Below are positions 41,664 through 55,394 of a stretch of DNA of 64,000 nt, piece after piece. The stretch comes from Utricularia gibba. Taxonomy: Eukaryota; Plantae; Magnoliophyta. The notes under the pieces are model-generated. The model worked only from the letters and a program-made list of their open reading frames with translations. It made no database searches and was not told the origin of the DNA. The position numbers and the translations under genes were made by a program. Every line of letters begins with the position of its first letter. The first letter of the stretch is position 1. Location of the stretch: NCBI GenBank assembly GCA_002189035.1, contig NEEC01000010.1, forward strand, positions 496,001 through 560,000, read 5' to 3'.

Positions 41664-42449
41664 GAGGGTGACGAGTTAACAATGATGGATCATGATGGGT
41701 AACGAAAATCGAAAGATTTCATCGCAGTGGTTAGCAATGGGTGTAACCCTAAATTACATTTCATTCCTTAATTCTGGAATAGACTAGCTAAATGTGTGTA
41801 CCAAAATAAAAGCCGATTATTAAAGTTCATTCTCTTTATAATCATGTCGAAAGGTGTGTTTTTCTTCACATATAATTTATGAACGTATGTACCAACAAAA
41901 TTTGTAAAAAATGTCGGTGTTGGAGATATATAATTTTTAAGAACATTGTGTCAAATTTGTAAAATTAGACAACGTATGTACCAAAAATCACATTATACAA
42001 ACAAGAGTATAGTTTGTATATTTTTTGCTAAACATTTGCATTGAAATGACACATAGCCCAAAATAAAATCAGTTGAATATCTCTTATTTTTTTAATAATA
42101 CTGAGATAAAATAATAAAATAATAAATATTAGATTATATATATATATATATATTAATAAATTTTTATACATATTTTCAATTAAATTTCTTAATACACCAT
42201 AAAAATATTTTAAAAATAATAAATTAAAAATATTTTTTTTATAATAATACAAAATGAAGTTATGACTAAGTACACAAGTCAAAGTACATCTTCATGCATT
42301 TCATAAATAAAATTTAAGCAAATTTAAAATGAAAATTTTAAATAAAATACATAAATTATAATTCAATAAAAAATATTAAAGAATTTAAAATTTCTAATCA
42401 CTTTTATCAATTATTCAAATATTTTTTAGGGATTAAACTTTAGAGTCAA

Positions 42450-44340
42450 GTTCCAATAGTTAATCTTCTTGCAGGCTATAGTGTTAGATATTATGAAGAG
42501 AAGATTCCAAACAATAATGACATCCTCATTTGTGTCCTATAACTACCATCATATGAGAATGTCGCAATAAATGAATAGATAACTCAAAAGCATAGTGGAT
42601 CTTCTAGACTTTAAATTACAAGATTTGAAAACTAGTCTAGTTGTCCTTGTTTGTAGATTCTTATCTATCATCTTCAATGTCATTCATGTCACCTCCAAGA
42701 TTCAGCTTCAACATGAATATGGATGGATTTGAATAAGATTCATTTTAAAGAGATTGTAATTCACTTTTGTATATGATAGCTAATGTTTGCATCAAATATA
42801 CCTTATTGATGACTTTTTGAAGACGTTGTATGTTGAAACTATGACATAGTTGTGAGAAGAGGATATTAGTGATTTAATCAATTTATAATTTATTAAAGAA
42901 AATATTTTTTTGATGCAGTACATATTGTAAATCTTTGCAAAGAACTCTGAAACCCAATGAGAGATAGTCATAGTCTCCCTATTTAAGTTATCAACTATAA
43001 GATTATTAATTTTTTTCACTTCTTGTTTAAATAATTTGTTATCCTTCTCTGCCAATTCATTCATTTTGCAATTATTCATCAAGCTATATCAACACGTTTT
43101 TTAAAATATTTTTTCACTTCATCAAATGTAATCTACAATCATAAATTTAATTATTAGATATGTAGAAAATCTAATTATCAATAAATTTACTTTACATACC
43201 TTGGGAATACTTGTTGGAAAAAGATGTCGTTCACCTCGAAATACTTCATTTATTATCCTAGGATGATTTGTTGTAAGAAAAAGAAGATAATATACCTTCC
43301 TACCTTTTTGTAGGGTAACATCTAGGAAGATATCTATCAAGTATTGATATACCCTAAGATTACGAAAAGTTACATTTATTAATTGCTGACATTCATGTTC
43401 ATATGTTGTGTTTTCTGCAATTCATATTAAACCATGCAAATGTATACTTTTTATGTGTCAAGCAATTCATTTGTAAGTGTCGAAGACAGAATCCATAATG
43501 GCTCTCAGAATCTTGATACCATATTTGTAATGGTTAGAAGTAAGATCCTCAATTACTAATTATAGGTGATGACCATGTGTAATATATTCATCAAGCAGTT
43601 CTAAAAACTATGTCTATGTTGGGTGAGTCTCATTCCTCATCTATAGTGACATAAGCCATTGAGAAATAATATTCTCCATCATCGATAACAACTGTGATGA
43701 GTAAGTTGTGAATCAAACATAGAGATGTGTTTCGTAAACTTGTATAACAAGTCGGCAATACTTCCCAAAATACGTAATAGAAGAGATGACCTTTTGAGCT
43801 TCATATATTGTAGAAACCAACCATAGTTCCATATTAGTTCTTTGTAACTTTTAAAGTTATTTAGGTAACTCTACTATCAACTTCTCTCGTATACCTTATA
43901 CAATCTCAAATATTCTTATTAGAACATAACTTACTTTTCAATATGAAATCTTAAGCTCAAACTTTTGAAGGATCATCCTCTAAATCATGTAACATTTAAT
44001 TCCTGGTCTATCTCTTATGACTTTCAAAAAATCCATCGCAAGAAATTTCCTCCATAAATTAGCATGTTCTCTTGCTAAAGAGTTGTGAACATCACACACA
44101 TGAGGTTCTGGCATCAATATAATCTTCCATATTTTTTCTTTTATGCAAATGTGTTTTCAGATGTCAAATGCATCTTGATCGATTGTCATGATTTTCCCAT
44201 CTCAACTTACAGTATGCGTTGCAACTATTTAACACATGACATTCCCATCTAGCATAAAAGCCAAGTAGTTTGTTAATGACGCTTGCATCTCAAACTTCAT
44301 TTGAAATGAGTTCAAGAGCTAATATTATTATATTTGCATC
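42450..44340 (-). mobile_element. Heavily decayed MuDR/Mutator transposase
   Basis: 43760-43633 reads YCRLVIQVYETHLY / LLITVVIDDGEYYFSMAYVTIDEE, resembling the MULE domain C.P.I..DGTHL...LL.AV..D.....FP.A.A.V..E. Repeated GTACCAA motifs at about 41790-41990 may be subterminal. Confidence 0.6.
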
Positions 44341-44349
44341 TTACTCCAT

Positions 44350-47300
44350 CATAGAGGCGCACTCAAGAAGAGGCTAAACTGAGCTTCAACCCAGCCCCAA
44401 AAAAATTAAAAAAATTATTGTTCTCTTTCAGAAATTGGTAGATGCAATTGGTAAGCTGTAGGCACAAGCAAGAGCAAGGGCAATCTTTCAGAAATCTTTT
44501 AGCCATTGTGTTTGTTCTTTAGCAGTAGCCCTTGAGTTTTATGTATTATTTTTACTACATGTTTTGGTTTATATTTTTTTTCAAATCTTGTGCTTTGTAA
44601 ATTGAGTGCATTTTTATATTCATTTTTTAAGTTTTATATTCTTTTTATTTTGAAAATTTTATGATTCTCTTGTTTATTCAATTATGTGTTTTTTTCATTG
44701 AATAAGCGCTAATTACAATGGTTAAAATAAGACCATTGATTTCTTTTTTAAGAAAAAAGAGCTGAAGTTATTAGAGAAGAAAATGTTGCTATTGATGTTG
44801 CACAAACATCTCACAAGTCAAATGATGTAGCGCGTTCAAGTTGTACTTTCTATAACAAGAAATCATTTACCAAGGATAATTGATGAGAATTTGTAGCCAT
44901 AGAATGAACAAGAATAAGTGATTGGCGACCCTGAACAAACTAAAATACATTTTGAAGAAATAGAAAGTCTTGTCAAAGATTTGGAAATATAGAAATATAT
45001 GGTTAATCAATAAGATGAAGTTCGCATAGCATATGTGGTATTGGGTCCAATACAACAGTTGTTAAATGAGTATAAAATTGTTGTTTCGGGAAAAAAAAAT
45101 AGACATTTTAGTTATTCATAGTTTCATAAGCTTGGCTGTTAGTTAGAATATTCAGAAAACAAACATCATGCGGATTGTTTTGTTAGCTTTTTATTTGGTA
45201 AACAAGGAGCAAATCGATCGGGTTCTAATGTTTTCATAGTACATGGTTTTTCAGAATTGGAGGAGAGTGAATGACGAAAAGAAGTATCATTTTCTTACTC
45301 ACATGGGAAATAGTCCATGTTCTCAGCATAATAATGCAATGCGAACATATGTTACATTGAAAAATCCTAATGTATAAGTGGAAAATGTTATCCAAGTGCA
45401 TAATAGAGAAGAAAAAGAAAGAAGTCAATTATGTTTAAGAGTTTCTATTGATGTAGTTAAGTGGCTTACTAACCAAGGTTTTGCATTTCGAGGTCATGAT
45501 GAAAGCATACAATCAAGGAATTGAGTTTATTTTCAAGAACTTATTCAATTATTAGATAATTTCAACCCTGAAATTAATAAAGTTGTTCTTTAAAATGCTA
45601 CTACAACTTTTAAGTGTTACTCACCTAGTATTCAAAAGGAAATTTTGAGTATTTATGCTACTATGATAAGCAGCTATATTAGTGAAAAATTAGGTGACTC
45701 AAAATTTTCTTTTATTGTTGGTAAGACTTATGATGTGGCAAAGCATGAACAAATGACTTTGATTCAAAGATTTGTTGACAAGAATGGAGTTTTCTAAGAA
45801 CGTTTCTTTGACTTGATTCATGTAAGTAATACCAAAGTTGTGACTCTTAAGAAGCAATGAACTTATGTATTAGCTAACCATTCTCTTGATGTGAAAAATA
45901 TTGTGGTTATGATGGTGCTAGCAATATAAGAATATAGTTAAATGGACTCCAAGCTCTAATTTTTTTTTAAAAAAATATCTTTATGCATATTATGTGCATT
46001 GTTATGCACACCATTTGCAACATGTGTTAGTTGCATTCTTAAAAAATGTTCCTTTAGTTTTTCAATTTTTTCAAAATTTGAATTTTATTATAAAAACTAC
46101 ACCTCAAAAAGATATGATGAGCTTCGTGACACTCGAGTTACTGAGTTATCTAATTTGTTAGTTATTGATGAGCTTGAGATAGGTAAAAGAGTTAATCAAA
46201 TTGGTTCTTTAATTCGCTTCATAGATACTAGATGGAACTCTCACTTGTTTTTCATTCGTAGTCTTATGAGGATGTTTAATTCAATTTATTCTGTTCTTGA
46301 AAGTATAAATAATGATTCAATTGGTTCTATTCGAGTATATGCAAATACAACTTCTAATTATCTATTATCTTTTGAATTTATATTTATATTATATTTGATG
46401 AATGAAGTGTTAGGAATTATTGATTCCCTAACACTTTTATATTTATCTTTTGAATATAAATATATATTTATATTATCTTTTACCAAGAATTGTAGAAAAA
46501 GAAACAACATATAGCTAATGTCATTTATTCAATAGACTCTACAGGACAACTACTACAAAAATGAGAGATGATGGTTGGATTGTTTTCTTTGACAAAATTG
46601 TTGAGTTTTGTGAAAATCATGATATTGATGTTCCAAATATGGATGAGACATATATCCCATGCATTGGGGGCATCAACAAATTGAGCTTTTCACTAATGAC
46701 AGATACTTTCGAGTTGAAATTTTTTTTGTTACCATTGACACGCAATTGCATGAATTAATTTATAGGCTCAATGATAATGTTGTGGATATTCTCAAGCTTT
46801 ATGGGTTCATTGATTCCAAGTAAGAAATTTCAATATTTTGATATAATTGGGATTTGTTGGTTAGTTGATGATGAGATGATGAATGCACTAGATAAAGACA
46901 CTGAAAATGAAGGAAAGAAGGATACCAATCCTCCCATCATTTCACATGGGTCACTTACAAGATCAATAATACAAAAGCATCAAGAACTCATCAAGGGTTT
47001 ATGGGCCAATCAAGAAACTCATGAAATTTATGACATAGAATTCAACCTACTCAAGTTGAATCAAGTTGATGGGTTATAACTCTCTAGTTCACTAATAATA
47101 TTTTCATTTGAGTAGGCTCATTACTCTACCTATATAAGAAATGTCTCACTCTTGTTTAAGTACAATTTTGATTATAATGACTTTTAAATGCAATGTTCAT
47201 TCTTTGAGTTCTTGTAGAACTTAGATTTATCAATTATTGCTTATAGTGTCTAATTTGATTTATCACTCTCATGTTCTTTCTTTTTCTATGAGTGTTATCA

Positions 47301-47950
47301 TTTTCATAATTTGATTTATAAGAATTTTCATTCCTTAAGGGTCAACTTCTTCTTTTCTTGAAGGACTGCTTCATTTTCATAATTTGATTTGTCAAACACT
47401 TATTATTTAGAGGGACATATCAGTTGAGGCATATTATCCAAAGGATTTTAGCTTGCAGGAGATGATTAGATTGGAATTTGAATTGAGACATTTTGCATTG
47501 GATATATCTGGAGATCTATCTTTGAAAGAAATAGAGACTATTATAGATTTATATCATTTCTTTATTGATACTGATCGATACATTATGTATATTTTTATTT
47601 ATCAGTTACTTTGTTTACTTGTGACTCTTCAAGTTACAATGAGCACTGCAGAACCTACATTTTCTATTTTGAAGATTATCAAGATAGGATTATGAAATAA
47701 GATGGAAGATGATTTTCTTCTTAAGAATGTGCTTATATATATTGAAGATGAATTTACATACAAGTGTACTTATGATAATATTATGATGAATTTCAAGAGG
47801 ATGAAGAAATGGAGAAGAGATCTTTAGGTTTTATTTAATATTTTATAATATTTTAATATTGGAGATTAAATTAGTACTTTTTACTATATCTAAAATTTGT
47901 TTTGCTATAAGTTTTTTTATTAATTTTAAATTAGTACCCTCCACAAATTT
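44350..47950 (+). mobile_element. hAT (ZMYM1-like, DUF4371 plus hATC dimerisation) transposase pseudogene
   Basis: DEVRIAYVVLGP, LEYSENK, KWLTNQGFAFRGHDES, IDTRWNSH, TMSTAEPTFSILKIIK..L*NKMEDDFL; many stops; termini not resolved. Confidence 0.85.
46869..47422 (+). mobile_element. Solo LTR (CRM-like), 554 bp, inside the hAT element
   Basis: TGATG...TATCA termini, exact TSD GTTGA (46864-46868 and 47423-47427). Removal restores the hAT reading ICWLVEAYYPKDFSLQEMIRL. Confidence 0.85.
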
Positions 47951-48920
47951 GGTCACATGGGAATTTGAAATGGATAGGTGGAGTATTATCACATCGGAAT
48001 TTAGCATTCCTATGAACCAAATTCAGCATCCATGTCTTCATTTTAATCAATATGTGTACGATGTTATGCGTTAGTTCATCCCATTAAGAATCGGGTCCAC
48101 GTGGTAGGAAGGAGAGGGCGAGGACACGCAACCCTAACCAACCTCCCAACCACCCCTGATGGTGTTATTTTTAAAGAAAAAAGAATACCTGAAATGAAGG
48201 GATAAATGAACAACTGAAGAGGAGATGAGTGCTATTTTGAGATGAGACGAGGGGACGCCCCCCATTATTAGTGAGTGCGTTGCCCCATTAAATAATTCAT
48301 AAAAAAACGGCACATTGATTGGATTTGCAGGACATTTGGGATGATTTATAATATCAGCAGCTGCAACTGTGGGAGATCATAGACATAGATGATGGATGAT
48401 ACATACTCTCTTTCCTTCTTTCTTTCTTTGGTATCAATGAATAAACAAATAAATAAACCAAGAAATGAATGATTGAGTAACGGGGGCACCTTGTGTAGGG
48501 CCCATGGCTGTTTGGTTTGGTGGTTCCAACGTTCACAAGGGTATTATTAATTTATTAAATTATTATTTGGCGGCCCAATTGTGCTGCCACCACTACACTA
48601 CTACTAATACTAATACTAATACTAATCCCATAGTTGATCTTTTTTAATGAAATAAATAAAATAGTGGGTGAGACAAAAGACAGCTTGAACAACGCACACG
48701 CCACTAGTGATAACCCTATCCGCGATCTGCGAATCCGCTAAGAAAGCAAAGACTAGTTCTACTTCTTCGGCTGAAAGCAAAAGGCGGAGGAGGAGGAGGA
48801 GCTCAAATTTGGAGGACTTCAAAAGGCAAGCCAAGCCAAGCCAAGCCAAGGGACACCTCTGAGGAATCTGTTTGGGGAACCCATCGGGGAGGAAAAACGG
48901 GGTTCTGCTGTGGAGCAACG

Positions 48921-49888
48921 ATGCAGGGTCAGAAGACGACAGAGAGCCAGCAATCGCTGGTGCAATCTGGTCAGCTTTCGGGGAGTTTGAGTTTCAATGG
49001 GGCTGTCTTGAAGGAGGATGAGGAAATGTCGAAGTCTGCGCTTTTGACTTTTAGGGCTAAGGAAGAGGAGATCGAGAAGAGGAAGCTGGAAGTTAAGGAG
49101 AAAGTTGTGGCTCAGCTTGGCCGAATTGAAGAGGAAACCAAGCGCCTGGCTACCATTCGCGAGGTTAATTTTTTGCTCCACTCTTTGTTAGATTTAGGGA
49201 TTTTGCAGATTTGCGAAACAGGAGAATTTGGATTCAATTATTCCTCGGATCTGCCTTATTCTTGCGTGCGAATTTCGATTTGAGCACTGAGTAGCCTGAT
49301 TTCTATCAGATCTACCGGGTTCCCGGTCAACAACATCCATACTCATTTGCTATTTCCACTGATTTTGGTGGTAATGAATGTTCCCAAGGTTGTAGTCTTT
49401 AACTAATTGCTAAACTGAAACACCAGGAGTTGGATGCATTGGCGGATCCCATGAAGAAAGAAGTCTCTCTGGTCCGAAAGAAGATCGATGCGGTGAACAA
49501 GGAGTTAAAACCGCTGGGACAGACCTGTCAGAAGAAGGTGTATAGATGTTGTTTCTTCTCCTCCTACAATCACCGAGTTTTATGGCTGTAAGCTAAAGAC
49601 AAATAGCATAAGCTGGATTTGTTTGCTGTCGGATTTACAGGAGAAGGAATACAAAGAAGCCCTTGAAGCCTTCAACGAGAAGAACAAAGAGAAGGTGCAA
49701 CTAATTACCAGATTGATGGAGGTAAGCATCGTCATCAACTCATCTTTAGCGCACTCATTAGTTACTGTTCCGTTTCCACTAAACAACCCGGTCCCATTTC
49801 CTTGCAGTTGGTGGGTGAGAGTGAGCGCATGAGGTTGAAGAAACTTGAAGAACTGAGCAAGAATATAGAAACAATGCGGGTGAACTGA
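48921..49888 (+). CDS. DUF662 / RAB6-interacting golgin family coiled-coil protein, 171 aa
   Basis: Exons 48921-49163, 49427-49537, 49641-49721, 49808-49888 join in frame (516 nt). FRAKEEEIEKRKLEVKEKV, ELDALADPMKKEV, KEYKEALEAFNEKNKEK. Confidence 0.92.
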
Positions 49889-51701
49889 TGACCTAGCGCG
49901 CTTGACTTGTGATTAGTTATGAATCATCCTTGATATATGTATTGGTGTTTCTCAGTTTGCTTGTATCTTTGGGTCTGTCTGTGTTCATCCATGGTGATGA
50001 TCTAGGATCTGTCACAAGAGTTCTTTTATTTGATTTTAGGAATGGGCATTGTGTCTGCCCACTCAAGCAAGCAGGTTTGTAACTAAAACTCGTGTCAGTC
50101 AGTGTCTCTTACAATGGTTTGTTTCTCTCTGATTTGTGGGTTAGTTCTGTACCTTAAAGGCTGTCCCTCCCAACTCCAGTGACTTATAGTGTGATTAATA
50201 ACTTGGCTTTTCAAGCTGTGATGGTGGGTTGATTTGCATGACTTTAGTGTGGTGATGCCCCTGAGAGGATCAGCCAGGCTTTGGCAGCTCACTGGCGGAG
50301 CTCCATCTGCTTAACAATTCTGATACCAGCCCTGGCTTCCGGTGCTCCTCTGTGTTGCATTTTTGAGTTCTAAGGCAAAAAAGCTTCTTGGGTATTACCG
50401 ACAGAGAGCTTGATTCGCGTAGCAGTGACATTGTGTTAGGCGTTGGGTTTCGTAGGTATCGCAGCCTCTGGCGTCTGGTTGCTCTGGAGGAGATGTGTGT
50501 GTGTTGGGGCAATCAATCATGCGAAATTAAAAGCTTTGTCGCCCAGCAATGCCGACAACCCGCAGAGGAAGAAAAAGGACGAAGCATGGAAGCGGTTTCT
50601 TCCTTCTCTCGTCGCACGAAAACCGAGACGAGGAATCAGCTTCAGTAACAAGGAGCGGATGGTCCCCCTCGCCGGAGAAAGCGACAACGCGGTCGCAATC
50701 CTCCGTTCCCCCACCACAAGTTGACGTCGTAATTCATATCGTTCTCATCGCATCTTCGCCCATCCAGGTATCGTCAACCTCTTCTGTACTCCTCGTTTTC
50801 GTGCTTGAAATTAATCCCTTGCCCAGAAGCCCGGATTTTTGTTCACAGAAGCTCGACTAGAACAGTCAACCCCCAAAACTGTTGTCAAGAAAAAAGCCCA
50901 GAACGCCGCGGCATAGCATATGATTGGTCATCATGAACGACCCTAAGACACGCCGAGCAGAGCAGAGCGGAGCCATATTATGACTGTGTTCACTCTTCAC
51001 ACGTTCACTCATTTGCATTCCAATAATGTCAAAAGCAGTACTGACTGACTAGCCATCCTCTGCTGCGGCCCGCCTAACGGGTGGCCGACGGCGGCCAAAC
51101 AAATACCACTAGTTTTGGTTCCATTATTCGGCCAGTGAAGATGTTCATACTGTGCTGTTATTTCTTTTTCCGAACTGCCCTGATGGATCATCCAAAACCA
51201 AATTGAATGCAAATGCCCCTCCACTCGACTCTTGTTCCAGCTTTGGATCCCTTTTCGGCACTGGGGGGGAGAGGAGGCTTCAATCAGTCAGCAGCAGCTT
51301 CTGAGTAGTGGTGGAAGCCTACAAAAATCCCCAAGTTCAAACTTTGCTCCGATAAAGACAAAGAGCTCTTGGGCATGGGGACGAGGGAGTCCCACGCCGC
51401 TTTCACTCGCCAACGACAGATAAAAAGTTGCGTTTTTTCCCCGCCGCCGAGGCGTTGCTTTTTGCGACGGGAATGTACGGCTGATGTCATTTCAGGTTAA
51501 AATAAATTCTTTAAGCATCCGAATATCCCTCAAATCCACTCTCGCAAGTCCCATAACTCCCATTCGCCGATGCAAAATCCATCTTTTTAAACACTTTTTT
51601 ACAGTTTACAGCAGCATTCCCTTTCCAAGGCAACATTGATGATGATGAAACCTCTTTAGCTTCTTGGGAGATGAATTTCCAATCTGTCCTTCTCTACAGT
51701 T

Positions 51702-53120
51702 ATGAGGATGATGCCCGTGACGGATACTCCGCCGCTGCCGCAGCTTCAGGAGTTGCTTGCGAAAGAACAAGAAGCGTTTTGCCTCAAGAGCTACATTGCC
51801 GACCGGCGATCCAAACTGAAGAAGCCCTCCTTTCCTAGTGCATTGCAGCACAGAAAACGCCGGGAAGTTGTTCGGCAAGGTTGCTCGAGAAACAAGAATG
51901 TTTGCTGTTTTTTGCCCTTTCAGAGGTCACCTGATTTTTACAGCTCCCCGTTATTTGAATTCACGATGGCGGCCAAGGGTAGAAGCTCCGGCTTCAGGAT
52001 GTTTACTTCCCTACTGCAATCACTCAGTTGCCGGAGCACGAATCAAAAGCCAATACCGGAAGAGAGCAATGGAGTTCCGTGCTGTCGCTCCAGTCGGTTT
52101 CTCAGCACTACTGAGTGGATTGAGAAAAATGTAGCTCTCGAATTCGCAGAGGGGAGGTCTGGCGATATTGACCTGGGTAGTCCTCGTTTCTGCGTAAGCC
52201 CCTTCGTATTTACATTTCATGGCACGCCATCTTCCCCTGCAACCGACACCGCAACACCCAAGTTCCACAATACGACGATGGACGATCATCTCCATCAGCA
52301 GGTGTTTTCTTTTCTCCCTGTCTATTAAATTGGGAAGATGCACATCCGTTATCAAATTGGATTGGTTTTTTTGTTGCAAACATTGCTCCTTTCTCGAGGA
52401 GCACAGTTTTTTAAGTTCTTCAAGTCATCTTCATCAACGTGAATGTGGTAACCTGAAATCAACAGGAGAAGGAGCCTTGCCGATCAACCAATCCTGGGAA
52501 TGAAGGCCAAGGGGATGATGGGGAGGAGCACAGTAGTCCGGTATCGGTATTGGAGCCTCCTTTCGATGACGAGGACGACAACGGAAACGGAAACCGTGAT
52601 GCAGAAGAAGGAGTCAATGACTATGATCTGGACACCAGCTTCCAGAACTTGCAGAGTACACTCCGCTTCTTGATTTTCATCATCAGTTTGAAATATTTAT
52701 TACATCAGTCTTTTGGCACAATGTGCAGGAGCCAGGCAGCAGATACTCAGTAGGATTAGTAGATTCGAGAGACTGGCTGGACTTGATCCCATCGAACTGG
52801 AAAAAACGTTAGCCGAAGATTACTCAGAGGATGATGACAGACAAGAAGCCGATAGCTGGGAGCTGAACGATACACTGCCTCTGCACTCCAAAACATTCCT
52901 CCCCACAAACCCCAAGTTGCATGAAGAAGGTTGCACAAAAATCAGCCTCTACGAGAGCTCCGACAAATACAACAACCCAGAATCCCACATGGTTGAGGCG
53001 GTGGACGGGTTCGATGCACGGAGCAAGTACGAGGAGGAAGTGGAGGAGATAACAGGGGACATTGTGATCGCTTTGTGCCTTTTGCTGGTGCAAGAGGTAT
53101 GGGAAGTGGAAGGCACTTGA
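51702..53120 (+). CDS. TON1-recruiting-motif (TRM)-like protein; 3 exons
   Basis: Exons 51702-52301, 52466-52655, 52729-53120 in phase. N-terminal LQELLAKEQEAFCLKSYIADRR, SPVSVLEPPF motif, RFERLAGLDPIELEK, C-terminal helix EITGDIVIALCLLLVQE. Confidence 0.8.
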
Positions 53121-53480
53121 CGCTGGATCTTCGGATAAGCCCATTAACGCGTATTCGGCCCAATATAAACTACCCAATACGTATGTCAGGGGTTTTGGGC
53201 CATTATGGGATTCATTTTCTTTTCCGTAATATTCATTTTCTTTTTTTCTTAATTAGAAATATTAAAAGTGTCGTATCGATTGATCAATGGTGGCAACCGG
53301 GGGGGTGCTGAATGTTCTGGAATTCTCCAATCTGATTCGCAACACACAGGCCTTTTAATCCTTATACGCTGCTAATCTTTTGATCAAACAGAAAAATGGT
53401 CTTAAATACAAACTTGATGATATAATAATATACCTGAAGCACAGGGGGGAAAAGAAACGAACCACAAAAGAAAGAAATAT

Positions 53481-55394
53481 TCAGTCGATGATTCTGCCGT
53501 AACCATCTCCCATTAGGTACCTGAAGCAGCTCTCGCTCAAAGTAGCAGCTGCAGTGTTTGGTGAAGAATTTCCATGGCGATCACTTAGCCTTGCAACCCT
53601 TGGTTCATATCCTCCCTCATTTGTCACATATGCTGCGCCTCCTTGATGAGCAAATGGCTCATAATATGTGCACATTTTTGGTTCCTCCTTCCTTTTCTTG
53701 TTGCCGCCGCCTTTTAGTTGCTCGTTGCAGATACAATCCCACTTTTCTTTACACATCAGTGGAGTCCTTGTTGCATGTCCAAAGTAAGAGAGCTTTACAG
53801 CTATCTCTTCCCACAGAACGCTTTCTGAAATCATCCTTTGCTGGAACTTCATCTCCATGCTCGTTCTCAATCTTATCAGCTCATTGATCTCGCTATCTGA
53901 CCAGTTATCGGTTCGATTCGTCATCGTCTCGTTTCGATCCTCCTGTTGATTCTCACCCAGGCTGCCTTGTTGCTCCTTTCCAGCAAGCTTGTGCAAAGCT
54001 TCCATCAACGCCAAATCACGGGCTTCGATCAATACGCGCTCTCGGGCCCATTGCTCTTGTTCCTGCTCGATTCGAGCTGCATCCTTTCTTCTCCATTCTT
54101 CCTCCCTCTGGATCCTTTCCCGATCCTTATCTTCGATAGCTCTCATCATCTTATCCATCCAGGCTTCTTGTTTATCCACCAGCTTCTTCATATTCGCGTC
54201 GATGAAGTCTTTCATCCTCGACTTCCATCTCCTTAGAGTTTTGTTCTTCGTATCATCAGCGTCATCATCATCTCCTTCCTCGGAGGAGCTTGCATCGGCT
54301 TCGGAATAATTCGAAAGACTCAGACTTGTTTCCATAAAAGAGGCAGGTTGGTTGGATGTGGAGGCGTAGTTGTAAGAGTCACCATAGAGAGCTTCAAGCT
54401 GTCTGAAGAACCTATAGCGCTTACCATCATGCCTCCCGGCTTTCCTCTCCTTGATCTTCTTGTAATACTTGTACAAATTCTCGAACTTTTCTCTGCATTT
54501 CTTGCCGCTCCTCTGATACCCGTGCTGTTCAGACATTATCCTGTAAAAAGAAAGTCATGAGAAATGTTAGCAGAAGAACCCTAGTTTTGTGCCGTGAGCA
54601 GATGATGTGCTTCATGTTTACCATTTAATTTCTGGATGACTATTCATGCAACAGCAGTATTATAAAAAAAAAAAAATTTATGGGGGTTTGAGTAAAAAGT
54701 GATGAAGCACAGAAAAGGCATCTTATTCTGATACTACACAGTCCCCCTGTTCAGAAAAACTACAGAAAACGCTGCTGTTTAAGACTATCAACTTGCGAAC
54801 TTGCTTCAACCTCACTTATTTTGACTTGACCGACTCCATTTGTATGTATGGAATACCAACAGTTCCCACCAATGGCGTAGCAAAACCCACTTCGTAAAGC
54901 TCATATTTTTATGAATATTTCGTTGTAAAAATATCAAATTTGCAGTGCACAAGGCTAGGGAGGCAACCAATTTTTGACACCCTTTTCGTGTTTCTGCGGA
55001 CTGGAATGAAAATTGGAGGTGGGTGATTGAGAACAAAAGTAAAAAAAAAAAATTAAGAAAGGAGAGAAAGAAACCTGGAGACTTGATCCCACAAGGGGCC
55101 CTTTTGATTGGTCTCCTTGAACTTGGAGTCGAGAGAAGCTCTAATCTCGAGAAGAGCGAGAGTCTCTTGCCTGGGCCATCTCCCCGTGACGGCGTCTCTG
55201 GCGGCGGACGGGGGCTGCGGCGGAGGAGGAGGAGGAGGGGGGTTTGCGTTTGCGGGCTGGAAGATGAGCATATCATGGTGGCCAGACGTTGTGGCCGGAA
55301 AAAGAGAAGCAGATATAGCAGGCCTTCCATTTCCGGTACCGCCATGGATGAAGCTGCGGAGATCGGAGAAGTGATCCTCCTCCTCCTCCATCAT
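53481..55394 (-). CDS. PTL: PETAL LOSS-like GT-2 trihelix transcription factor, 459 aa
   Basis: Exons 55394-55075 and 54540-53481 (1380 nt). GRWPRQETLALLEIR, GYQRSGKKCREKFENLYKYY, central coiled coil, second degenerate trihelix. Confidence 0.93.

Noticed and set aside
50319-50328. TCTGATACCA, a partial tRNA-Met PBS on the - strand
   Set aside because: No adjacent LTR end or gag sequence; expected by chance.
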